Source of the DNA: Lama guanicoe
Lineage: Eukaryota
NCBI GenBank assembly: GCA_013239625.1
Contig: MU054001.1
Span: 3,292,151-3,356,150, forward strand
Length of the DNA stretch: 64,000 nucleotides
Reading direction: 5' to 3'
Shown: piece by piece, positions 47,708-59,849 of the stretch
Numbering within the stretch: position 1 is the stretch's first letter
Layout: each line of letters opens with the position of its first letter
Made by a program: the position numbers and the translations under genes
The notes under the pieces: model-generated
The model's input: the letters and a program-made list of their open reading frames with translations, nothing else
Databases searched by the model: none
What the model was told of the DNA's origin: nothing

Positions 47708-49949
47708 GAAGTAGCATTATAGAAAATTTTCCAGTGGTAAAATATTTACTATGTGAACATGTACTACAGTTGATGGTTATTCATATTTATTTATTAGGCA
47801 AAAAAAAAAGAAAGAAAAACCTCTGTAAAGTAACTTTAAAAAGATTGGTGTTTTAAGTGTCAAAACATGTTAAACAGGATGGAAATAGCCTTTTCTGAGT
47901 CCTACTACATGTCATTAGCTTGTTTATTTCCCTCCTAGAACTGATTACTATTAGCAATTGTTTTGTCTGTTTATTTAATTGTTCATTTCTGTCATCCCTA
48001 CACACTCTTACATATCCCCATACTGAACAAAACCCTTTAAGGGGAGCAATGCGATCAGATCTCTTCACCACTTTTCTCCAGCCCTGAGTAAGACCTGCCA
48101 CGTTGCCGACATGCAGACAAATATCCAGATGTATTTAAGCTTTTAAATGTTCGTTGAATGACTGAATTAATAGCTCATTGACTGCAAAGTGATTAAAGTG
48201 TGTTTTCGCTTCATGCAAAGAATTTAAAGGCCAGGTCCCCCAAACAAAAACTTGTAGAATACCACCCCAGCGTTACCTCATTTCTCAACCCTTTTCTTTT
48301 TTTGCGAACAAAATACTTAATCCTCCCTGGGGTCCCAGTGTTGTGGGACTTTCCCTTCCCCGTAACACAGGGAGGATGCATGGGAAGTAAGGCCCCAAAT
48401 TCAGCCCCAGGCTAGACCAATAGTTTCAAGGGGAGGGAAGAGAGTGGGGGAAACAGGGCCCATTCAGAGCCTCTGAGTGGGGCCCACAGCACGTGTTTTC
48501 CTGCAGACATCATAGCTCCCGGACACTAGATCCTGCGCCAGTTAATAAATGAGATCTGACAAGACTTTAATCTGAAGTGGCACTTCCCTCTAAGGTTCCT
48601 CTCAATCTGAACGGGAGCCACAGATAACAGGAGCAAAATAGAAGGAAATCTTGTGAAACCTGGGAGACCGCCCTTGTTAACAGCTAAGAAGGGGGAAAAA
48701 ATTAATTTTTTGGCATTCATCTCAAATTACCTGAGACTTCAGACTTAAGCTCAATTTGCTGCAAGAATTGTATCCAAATCCAAATTCCTCTTCTTTGGGT
48801 TCCATTTTTCCTCCTTCTGCTTCTTATTTTTAGTAGCTTCAATTATTTTAAGATGATAATAATCATCAGACTTTTTTTTCTTGATTCCGAATTTATGGAG
48901 AATGAGGCCAACAGTTCTCTTTTTCAAAGCTTTCATGAACCCACACTTTCACAGTCCCACATTCTGCTCCCAAGACATTAACTCTAATTAAGCTAATCAA
49001 ACCCATGTGCACAAAAGTACAAAAGTCCTAAGCACAAGACAACTCTATGAGAAACAGATATTACACAATGAAAATAAAATGAATTCTCCAGACTTTTCAA
49101 ACTACCGTTCCATTAAATACACTTATTTTTGAATGAGCTTTGATCTCTTTTTTTTTTTTTCATTTAATAGACCAAGATGTTGTCATTAGAGGAATGAATT
49201 ACTTCCTTTAGGTTGACCTCATTCATATTCCGTAGCAGGAGCCAATCCTATTACAGCTCCAATTGAGCATAATCCAATTACAACTTTTATTTCAAAATGT
49301 AACATGATCCTCCGAACTTGAGAACCAAATGTACTCCGAAGTTGACAAGAAAGGCAGAGATTCCCATGTGTGTGAATCAAAAGAGACTACCTGCAGGCTT
49401 GTTTGGAGGAACCAAGCTCTAAAAGTTAGGAGAACGAAAAGACCAGCCCACAGCATCCTGGCACCAACAACCTCAGCTTAAGGGGTCACAGGTCCTCCTG
49501 GACCAGGTGGATAAGGTGGATCACTACTTTTTCTACACCCCACAGTGAAATATTTTAACCATCTCCTCTTTTCCCTAATAATCAATAAAAGCATTATGTC
49601 CCATGACCTCCCAAGCTGGGAAGTTTCAAGCAAAATCTATAATTAAATAATATCTCACAGGCAAGAAAGAAAAACAGCCCAAGACAAGAGACAAGTGAAT
49701 CCCCATTCATGAACATGATATTCTAAGTTGAAAGACTAGATCCTACGTCTCTGAGGATGTTTTTAAAGATTCAAGGCTTATCTATAAGTTGGTATGTCTC
49801 TTCTTGGACTCATATTTCTAAACTCTTCCTATATATATGTCCACCTGGACGTTGCTTGAACAATTCAAACTTAACAAGTCCAAAACAAAGTGCAAATGTA
49901 CTATTTGCTCCCACAATACTCAGTACTTCTTTGTTTCTTATCTTCCCTG

Positions 49950-50625
49950 GTCATTCAATAAATATTTCTTTAGTGCCTTTCCATGTGTCACATACCAGTT
50001 GGGGCACTGGGTCATCGAAGTAAATGATATGGAAGATTTTCCTGCTCCCATGGATAAAACTACCAGCTTACACAACTGTAAGAGGCACCAATTATGTTGT
50101 GTTCTTTGTAAATCATACCCTTGGAGTTGTTGAACATGGTGGTCCTTCTCATGGAACTTAACTTCTAGAAAGGAAGATTGGAAAGAAATGTGTCTACAGG
50201 AAACAGAAAAAAAAAACCCTATTTGCATAGTGATAAGTACTTGCACAGAAAATAACGTGATGTCGTAAAGAATGCATAACCCTGGGCCACATTAGATGGG
50301 GGCACAGGGATGGGAAGACATGTTGGAGGAAATGACGTGAATGGAGATCCAGATCATGACAAGTAGTCAGCCATGTGGAGACTAGGGCAGAGCGTTTCAC
50401 ACACAGACATCAACAAGGACAATATTCAGAAGGTGGCAATGAGCCTGGCCATTCAAGGCACACAAAGAGGAGCACGGTGGTTGGAGAGAATGAGTATGGA
50501 GACCACGGCAAGAGATGAGGTCTGAAAGCCAGAACTACATCAGGGTGGAACTTGCAGGCTACAGCGAGGAATTCGGCTTTTGTTCTCAGCCTACAGGCAG
50601 TCATTGGAAGTTGTTGGCAAGATCA
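49950..50625 (-). mobile_element. L2 fragment(s)
   Basis: tcattcaataaatatttctt...gttggggcactggg...ctcatggaacttaacttctag...tgagcctggccattcaagg...gagatgaggtctgaaag...aggcagtcattggaag. Confidence 0.75.
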
Positions 50626-50634
50626 CTGTCTTGG

Positions 50635-51300
50635 CTGGCATCCCCATCCAGCCAGTTGCCCAACCTAGAAATTTAGGTTTTTCTCTTCTCTTCTCAGTGT
50701 TCCCCAAGCCTTGCTTATTCTCTCCCTTAAATATCTCTCAAATTGTCCCCATCCTTTCTTACCTAAGCTCTCCCAGGAAGCCGCCTGGCGGGGGGTGTCT
50801 CCCTGCCTCAGCCTCTCTCAGAACCCTCTGACCTCGATATTGCCACCCAAAGTAAAGGCCTCTGCCTAGAAATCATGGCTTAGGCTCTGCTGCGCATTGG
50901 TTAGGGTTCAAATCTGAGCATCAGTTCTAACCTCTTAACATCCCCCTATTCTCAAACACACCTCATACTTTCAGGCTCTGAACTACTTGCTTCATATGAA
51001 ACATTCCTTATGCATTCATATTTATATATGCTCTTCCACCTCCCTGTAAGGCCAGTCTCCATTTGACCAATGCCAATTCATCCTTGAAGTTCGATTTCAA
51101 TGCCACCTCTTCAGAGAAGCCTTCCCTGACTTCATCACACAAAGACCTGGGTCAGTACAGCATTCTGGGTACACGTCTCCTGTAGCTCTTGCCAAGTTGA
51201 GTTCAGAGTTCTGTGGGCACAGGGCCAGGGCCCTCACTCTTGGAAGCTACTGAGAGCAAAGAACATAGCTTGTGTCTCTAAGAATGTCAGAGACAACCAG
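50635..51300 (+). mobile_element. L2 fragment(s)
   Basis: catccagccagttgcccaacctagaaatttagg...aatatctctcaaatt...ttcatccttgaagttcgatttcaatgccacctcttcagagaagccttccctgac. Confidence 0.65.
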
Positions 51301-52589
51301 ATGCTCAAGAAATACAGAACTTAAGAGAGACATTCCATGATCCACAGAGAACCGCCCCCCTCAATAGAGAGAAGAAAGACATCTGCCATTTTTTATGGCA
51401 TCTTAGAGGCCCACGCTTGGGTGCAGCAGCCAACAGCCACTACTCTTCAGATGCTGGCATTCAAGCTGTTCAACTGCCCATTTGGAATCCAGGCAGGAAA
51501 GAGATGCTGTCCCTCTTTCCTGGCATCTCCGGAACCTATCAAGTTAAATCAGCCTGCAGCAACATAAAGGACTAGATAATTTGTAACCAGTCATCAGACC
51601 ACTTGTCAAGTCAAGCTAATGAAGAGGTTACTTTAACAGCACACATCCACGTGGACAGACACAGGCATTACAAAGACTCACATGTCTGACTGCTACCATG
51701 GCCAGGAAAAAAAAAAAAAAAGCAAATCTATGGCCACATATATGATCAGATCCAGGAAGTTCCCCAAATAGATATTCAAGAAGAATCTAAACAAAGTAGG
51801 CAGTGAGCTAAGAATGTTAATCTGCATTCTCTAATTTCTGCCATTTCCCTTTTAATAGTCCACAAAACACCACCTAGAATTGAATGAATGCTTACCAGCA
51901 AAGGATGATTATTTAGATTATAATAGTCAGTATTTACTCAGCAAGAGCCTAGGCAGAATGATAAAAATGAGAACATGATATCTGGACTCAATATGCTTAA
52001 ATCTAACAGGGCAGGAGAGAGACGATACAGAGTCTTTTTGTCTAAAAGGACACCCAGAGAGGAGCTAGCCAACTGCCCCTCTTGTTTAGAGGTGGAGAAA
52101 CTGAGGCCAAGATTGAGAAAGAGACTGGTTTGTGGCCACTCAACTTGTTTGGTAGCAAGACTAGGATGTATGCACACCAGTTCACGGCAATACAAGGTAG
52201 ACTGGACAAAGGGCCAGCAGGTAGGTTTGGAGAAGCAACATGAGAAGAGGCCCAGAAGATGGAGAGATTTATTCTACCCAGAGTCAGGGAAAGGCTATTG
52301 GGAGAGATTGAATGTAAACAGGGCCTTGGAGTGGGCAGGACAAATTTAGAAGAGGGATACTCCAGGGCAGAGGGACAGGTGAATTAGTGAACAGGAGAAG
52401 CAGAGGGGATGGTCCTGAGACTCCCAGGAACATCCCTGTTGTGATTTGGCCAGATGACTTAGTGCAGGGAGGCACGCCAGTTTCCCTTCCTGCCAAAACC
52501 AGACCTTCATCCTCACCATCATCATCTTCCAGTTGGAATTTGTAATCATCTCAATTTTTGGTCCTTATGGTACATTCCTCACCTTCCAG

Positions 52590-53015
52590 TCAACATGATC
52601 TTTGAAAAATATAAATTAGATCACACCATTCTCCTCATAAAAATTTCCAATTGCTTCCCACTGCCTTTAGTAGGAATACCAATTCCATTTCAGTGAAATA
52701 ACTCTGAGCCTGGACTTTTTTGTACAAATGTCTTCTTACTCATTACATTCTAGCCCCTCCAAATCTTCTTTTTGCTCCTCAGATATGCAAAACTCCTTCT
52801 TATCTCCAGGCCTCTGCAGTCACTGTTTCCTCTGCATAAAAATCTTACCTGCAGAGCTTCATGTGACTGGCTACTTCTGAATTCAGATTGTCAACTTGTT
52901 GAATAGAACAATTTCCTCACTCCCAATCACCAACTTCTTATCCATATCGCGGTCCCTCATCCCTCCTATGCCATAGCCCTCTGTTCTGTTTTCTCCTTGG
53001 AACTCATTAAGCTGT
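52590..53015 (+). mobile_element. L2 fragment
   Basis: tgatctttgaaaaatataaattagatcacaccattctcct...ttgcttcccactgcctttag...ggcctctgcagtcactgtttcctctgc. Confidence 0.7.
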
Positions 53016-53029
53016 AGTTTGAGTCTATG

Positions 53030-54390
53030 AACTACTTCAGGAGGATGGACTGTTCAGTAAGTGCTACTGGGAACATCAATAATCTACGTGGAACAAGAAA
53101 TTACAATCGGATCCCTACCTCACACCATGCACCAAAATTAACTCCAGGTGAATCAACCATGTACATGTTAAAGGCAAAAATGTAAAGCTTTTTAAAGAAA
53201 ATGTAGGAAAAAATTTTCATGAATGCTGTCTAGGGACAGTTTTCTTATGCAACATCAAAATAGTAAGAGTAATAGGAACAATAATAATAACAACAACAAC
53301 CAGAGAGCATTAACAAACATGACTACTTAAAAGTTGAGAACTTCTGTTCATCCAAAATTGTATAGAGAGTAGGGGGAAATTATCACTAACTGGGAAAACA
53401 CATTTTCTGGACAATCAGTAATCAGCCAAGAAAAGTTTAGTACTTAGAATGTTTAAGGAACTCTTGAAAATTAAGGAGAATAATAAAAACAATTCAATAG
53501 AAAATAAGCAAAAGACACAGACAGAAATACACCAACATGAACAGGAGGAAAAGTGAATGGCCAACAAACAGACAAACAGTGGACTTCGTGCTCAACCTTA
53601 GTGGTAAACAGGGAAAGAGAAACTAAAACTAGAGTGAAAACCTTTTTTATACCCATTAGATTGGCAGAATATTAAGAAGATATTAATAAAATCAAGTTTA
53701 GGTGAGGCTGTGAGGCAGTGGAAATTCAAACATCAATGTGGGCATATAAGTAAAACTGATCACATCAGAAAAACAATTTGGCAGCATCTCATAAAATTAG
53801 AAAGGTACGTATGGTAAGATTTAAAAATTTGACTCTTAGTCTCTACCTAGAGAAACATGTGCAGGTATAGTCCAGAGGACATGTCTGTGAATATTTGTAA
53901 CAGTTTTGTTTAAAATTGCTCAACCAGGAAATAACCTAAATACCTATACACAGGAGAATGGATTCATAAATATGAAATACTCATAAAATGAAATATCACA
54001 CAGCAGCAAAAATGAATAAGCTACAGCTACACACATCAACAGGCTGAAATCTATAAGATAGAACTGAATGAAAAACAAACTGCAGAAGACATACAAAATA
54101 ACCCCATTTTTATCACATATATATAGAGAAGCGAAACTTAAAAATACGTTGTTTAGAAATATATTCAAATCTGGTAAAACTCTCAAGAAAAGGAAGGATG
54201 TACTTTTTTTCCGAGTCAGAAGAAAGAAAATGATGTGAGAGATTGGGCTCACGAGAGGGTGGGAAGTGGACAGGATAGAGATGAAACAAGATTGACCATG
54301 AGTCTACAATGGCTGAAATTGGTGATGGATCCATTCAGGTTTATGACCTATTCTCTCCACTTTTGTTCATGCTTGAAATTTCCCACCATT
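53030..54390 (+). mobile_element. Old L1 (L1ME-like) ORF2 3' part and 3' UTR, degenerate
   Basis: From 53110 translates DPYLTPCTKINSR*I (L1 ORF2p DPYLTPYTKINSRWI); upstream ggatggactgttcagtaagtgctactgggaa resembles DSLFNKWCWEN; many stops and indels. Confidence 0.88.
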
Positions 54391-54557
54391 TAGTACAATC
54401 TGTTTATATATCTACATGTGTGTGTTTGTAGGTATGCATGTACGTATTTTGGTTACATTTACAGGAGTGGGGAGGCAGGGAAATGAGACTGGAGAGAAGC
54501 ACATGGGGAACTACACCTATATTGCAACATTCTAGTTCTTCATTTGAGTGGTAAGTG

Positions 54558-55012
54558 TGAGACAGGCTGGGACCTGGCACCTGGGACCCTTTGCTGCAGT
54601 GCTTGCACTTGGACAAATGTCTCCTTGAGAAGCAGAATACAAGAAACAATAAGGGACTAAAGATAACTGCATGCATGCGCATAGTTGGGGCAAATTATGA
54701 ACAAGATACAAAAAGACCAAAAACCCAGCTGCCACTTGTGGAGTGCCAGGAGCAAAAGCAGGGCACTGTGCATGATCCCTGCATACAGCATCACCAAGGG
54801 GAGGGGAGCAGACCACCTAAGCCACCTCTCTGGCCAGACCCACCAATCCACCCTGACCCTCACCCCATTTAAGGAACCCCCCTCAGGGAGCGAGCAAGGG
54901 AGACTGTTACTTGTCTTCCCTCCCAGCACGAGTCCCAGTAAACCCTTGCTTGAATTTCTTGTCTGGCCTCTTATCAATTTCTATTGATTAAGAAGTCCAA
55001 GAACTTGGATCA
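54558..55012 (+). mobile_element. ERV1-class solo LTR (cetartiodactyl type) inserted in an old L1 3' end
   Basis: TGA...TCA termini; perfect 4-bp TSD AGTG (54554-54557, 55013-55016); agtaaacccttgcttgaatttcttgtctggcctcttatcaatttctattgattaag near the 3' end. Confidence 0.88.
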
Positions 55013-56299
55013 AGTGCATGGTGTTTCTTAACATTATGCTTCGCAACCTCAGTAGGTGTTATATGTGTTGTATATGTGATATCTTCTTTATAATTAAAAA
55101 AATTAGAAAAAGACAAAGCAAAAGCGATTGAGTCCAGCCCTCTGCTCCTAAACTTTAGACTGCTGTAGGTTTCCCCCATTTTACAGATAAACAAACTGAG
55201 TCTCCAAATGGATATACGCTAATGCAGCCTCAGTGCAGGTATCTATGAAAAGGTCAAGTGCACAGCGTGGAAGGTGAAGAAAGGCAGGGAGGGGTGGGTG
55301 TCAGAGGACCAAAGATGTGACTCTAGGGCCTGGGTCAGTCCCAGAAGAGGGCCATTTGGAATGCAGGCTACATACAGTCACAGTGACCATCCCCAAATGG
55401 GCCAAATCTAATTCTGCTTGTCCTTTGGACATAAACCAGAATCAGCTTGGCCAGCCCGCCCGTGAGCCTGGGAGCGTATCCCAGAGGGTCTGAGCTAGCA
55501 GGTGGACAGAGCCAAGCGAACTTGCAAGTTACCGAAACGGAGTTCTGATAGTGGTGGGGTATCCCCTTTGCCTACCGGGAGTTCTACAAATGAGCATGAT
55601 GATGTCCAAATACCCTATGCCTCTTCCCGCTGAATAACTTGCCTGCGTGAGTGCAGATAGCCCTCGCCTCCTCACCCTCTCTCTCCCGGTTTTCACTGCG
55701 CTCACAAAGGCCCACCCCCACGACTTGAGGCATCTCATGGGCAGTCACAAAGGCAGAGGAACTCCAGGTTATGGTCACAATGCAGCCCCGACTCTCCCCC
55801 ATTGTGCCCAGCCACGGCAGTGGTCTCAGAGCCGTCGGGGGTCTTACATATCTCATACGTGCAGCAAAGTGGGGGAACAATGTGACAAATTATGAACAAG
55901 CTCCGAGCCGCGCCTGTGGAATTCTTCCCTTTGTGAGCCTGCATCACGTGTCAGCTGGGCTGCTGGGTCGAGGCGGGGACCCGGGGGTGGGGGACATCCC
56001 AGCAGCAGGAGGCCAGCCTGGCGCTGGAACTTGTTTCACACTTGGGAACGCTGCCCTTCTCCGCTTGCTCTGCTCTGCTCTGCTCTCTCTCTCTCTCTGT
56101 CTCTCTGGCTGTAATGGAAAAGAAAATTATTCTGACCCCACTTTTTTTCTTTCAAATCTAAGTACGCCACTAACACTGTCCTTGCTAAAGAAAACACAAT
56201 GCTCAAGCAAACTTTCAGAGTCCATTCTCCCAAAAGCCAAAAGGGGAAAAAGCTCCAGTGATGCAGGTGATCCTGCTTTGTTCCCGACACTTCCTTGTC

Positions 56300-56475
56300 T
56301 TGAAGGGCAAGCCTTCTCTTAACCTCCTGGGTCTCTATTACCTTATTTGTAAACAAAGATGACAATCGTAGTCCCTACTTTATACCACTGTCACAGGATT
56401 CTGTGTTTCTAAAGGGCTTAGAAGAGTGTCTAGGACATAAAAACCTTCACAGTATATGGTGGTGGTATTATTATT
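56300..56475 (+). mobile_element. MIR SINE
   Basis: gggcaagccttctcttaacctcctgggtctct...atttgtaaacaaagatgacaat...taaagggcttagaagagtgtctaggacata. Confidence 0.7.
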
Positions 56476-56935
56476 AAAAGGAATAGGAGCAGAAATGCAC
56501 ACTCTGTGACCATTCTGACCATCTCTTTCCTCCCCCTTCACCCCCTCACTGCTTTGCAGGTTGTCCAGAAGAAGAGCCAGCTCTGATGCTTCTTTGATAT
56601 CTCAAAGCGCCCAGTGAAGGGTGGGGCACTAGGATTCTCAGTGAGCATCTGTTTCCTAATGGCTGCAAGATGACCCGCAAAAGAAGACCCACCATCACTG
56701 ACTGCAATAACCTTCCTGGATGAGGATGTTGTATAGCAGTCGAAAAGCTTCTCTCAAGTTCATGTTCCAAGTTGTGTTAGGAGACTCCTAGCTGGTCTTC
56801 TCAGGATAACAAGAAGAAAGGATCCTTTATGCAAACAATTTGTGAAACACTCCATTAATCATTTTCGTGTTCCAGGTGCAAACTCCCAAGGGTGGTCCTT
56901 TATCTGAACAGTTTTGTCACCAAGTCCCTGAACTA

Positions 56936-57108
56936 CCCTTTTTTTTTTCTCTTCTTTTCTTTTTTCTTTCCTGTCTTTTTTCCCTCCTTCCATTCTCTTC
57001 TTTCTTTCTTTCCCTACCTTCCTTCCTTTCTTCTTTCTTTCTCTCTTTCTTTCTTTCTCTTTCTTTCTTTCTCTTTCTCTTTCTCCCTCTCTCTCTTTCT
57101 TTCTTTCA
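56936..57108. repeat. About 170-bp polypyrimidine low-complexity tract (TTTC/TC)
   Basis: Direct reading; almost purine-free on the + strand. Confidence 0.95.
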
Positions 57109-58459
57109 CCAATAGCTGTTTTTGTAAGATTCTTATCAAATTCTTAATTGCAGAGATTTCTTTTCTTCTCTCTATTGGTTAAGAGACACAAAGTGAAGTC
57201 AGACCTCTTGCTGATTTAGCTCTGTGTAGTTTATAATCTGGTAATACAATTCAGTGACCACAACAATGATTAAGCTAGATCTCATCGCCAATTTGCCAAA
57301 TCTTCACAAACATTAGGAAAGTGAAAGAGGGGAAAAGAGTCCAGGTTGAACAGTCCTCTTACCTTTGAGGATTAGAAACCTGGAAAAAACTCCCTTTTTA
57401 ATGATAGACTAAACAGAAAAAAGTGACACATTATTCTTTAAATTAGCAATAGACACACTAATAAGGCAGCATGCTGTCTTCTCTCACAGTATCAGAATAA
57501 ATACTCGTGGGTTTGGGCAGCTAATACAGTTCCTTCCTTGGCGAGACCTTGGGCATTTGCATGTCTTATGCTTTTTAATGTAGCCGGGAGGAGAATTGCA
57601 GGGAATTGTGCACCTTGCAAGACGGAACTGAGCACACAGGGTAGAGATTGCTGCAGGAAAGAGCTACAGCTCATTTTATAGCAAACTGAGAAATCACAAA
57701 ATCTCTAGTACCCGTTTCACATGTGCTTACTGAGCAACGTCAGTGTGTCCTGTGTCAGGCTATCTGATGAGTGGAGGAGTGTAGGTTCTGTCCCCCGCAG
57801 TGTCTCATCTCCCCGGGAAGCCTCGTCGTGCACATAGGAAATGGTGAACAGTCACTCCAGGCTGACAGTGACTCAATTCCCAGCAGAATCCAGGACCATA
57901 AAGATATTCTGCAATGGAAGAGGGACGAAGTCGTTGGTGGCGAAGTTTTCAGGGAAGAGGAGGAAACTCCTGGAGGACCGGAGCATTTGGAGGGAGGAAG
58001 GGAAAAGCCCAGGAGGCTCAGATACTGTGACAACTCAACACAATTGCCGCCTTCCGTCTAGGACTGTGGCAGGCATCACTAATCAATCACCAACGATCAG
58101 TCATCACTTATCAATCAGATCACTCTTGGCTCCCGGTCCCCGAGTCCAGTCTAGCCTTCAGAATCCGTCTCAACACAGCATCCCAGGTAGGCATTCCCAG
58201 CTGTTTCGGGTCAGTTCATAAAATAAAACTTTCTGCCCTGAGTGAGGAGAAGTGGGATGAGTAAGCACACAGGCCTCTGAGGAAGTATGGGTGGGCAGGA
58301 GACTCAGGTGGAAAGCGAGGTTTCCTGCTGGCCATGAGTAACAAAGATAGATTGGTAGGACGGGGCCTTAACTGCCACATTATCTCTAAATAAGGGGGAG
58401 GGGGCAGGGTTAGAAGTCACCACGTCTATTTCTGACAAATCACTGCACATTTTATTTTA

Positions 58460-59036
58460 TTTTATTTTTATTTAAATTTTTTAAAAAACTGAAGCGCAGT
58501 TAATTACAATGTGTTAATTTCTGGTGTACAGCACAATGTCCCAGTCATGCATATACATACGTATATTCGTTTTCATATTCTTTTTCATTAAAGTTTATTA
58601 CAAGATATTGAACATAGTTTCCTGTGCCATATAAAAGCAACTTTTTAAAAAATCTATTTTCATATATAGTGGCTAACATTTGTAAATCTCAAACTCCCAA
58701 ATTTATCCCCTCCCGCCCCCTTTCCCTGGTAACCATAAGATTGTTTACTATGTCTGCAAGTCTGTTTCTGTTTTGTAGATGAGTTTGTAGTGTCCTATTT
58801 TTCTTTTTGTTGTTCCACATATTAGTGATATCATGTAGCATTTTTCTTTCTCTTTCTGCCTTACTTTACTTAGAATGACATTCTCCAGGTCCATCCATGT
58901 TGCTGCAAATGGCATTATTTTATTCTTTTTTTATGGTAGAGTAGTATTCCATTATGTAAATACACCACATCTTCTTTATCTAGACCTCTGTTGATGGATA
59001 TTTAGCTTGCTTCCATGACTTGGCTGTTGTATATAG
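58460..59036 (-). mobile_element. Camelid-type L1, 5'-truncated, with intact TSD
   Basis: TSD tgcacattttatttta at 58444-58459 and 59037-59052; TT/AAAA endonuclease site on the minus strand; (ATTTT)n tail; same 3' UTR as the 32.95 kb copy. Confidence 0.93.
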
Positions 59037-59849
59037 TGCACATTTTATTTTAAGTGGAGTGGGGCAAACCATAAGGTACTGGCAAGCTCTTTATTCATAA
59101 CAGTATACTTTCTAGGATGCCCCTGAGATGAGGACAAATATTTTACTGTAAGAATAATATTTCACAACCCACTGCATTTATAGTGTCCTTGAACAAAAGC
59201 CAGCAAGCGGCATGGGCAATTGGGGAGATAGACCTTCCCTTAGAGGTTAACGTGGCAACTTTAATGGCAGCCCCCCTCTCTTCCGTTGTCCCCACTTGCT
59301 ACTCCAACAAGACAAAGCAGAAGATCTCTCTGGTTCTGCCTGGGTTTGGTGGCAGCTCAGTGCTTTGGCTGCTCTCCCCTGTTCAGCATGGCACTGACTG
59401 GCCCAGGCTGAGGCTTGCAATTCCACTCAGAATTGCACTTTGACCACATCAGAGAAGGCACACACAACTGCTTTCCTTTTTTCCTCTCCCTTCTCCAATG
59501 GAGCACCTCCACATCCCCCATGCTTGACAAGACAGGATATTGTCCTTGTCCCTGGGACCCACAAGGGCTAATCCAAGGCAGAGACCTAGCCCACGGCAAT
59601 AGAATTTTGCCAAGTCTTAAGTGTACCCTGACTAACTGCAGGTGACCCTTTCCCCATCCCAAACAAAGCTGCCTTCACCAAAGCAGGATCGCTTGGATTT
59701 CTTGCACCCTACATACTCTTCATCAATTTGCCTAAGAGACAAAACCCCAAGGGAAAGAATCCCCAGGCGAAGCACAGATCCATCCCAGAGACACGCATTT
59801 AGTCAGGCAACCTCCCTCCCACCGTCCGCATTCCAAGGGAGATTATTAA

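Noticed and set aside
50778..50791. CTCF-like motif (CCGCCAGGCGGCTT on the minus strand)
   Set aside because: Single imperfect match inside an L2 remnant with no supporting context.
54691..55900. Identical 15-mer CAAATTATGAACAAG at 54691 (inside the LTR) and 55886
   Set aside because: No extended flanking homology; one or two 15-mer matches are expected by chance in 64 kb.
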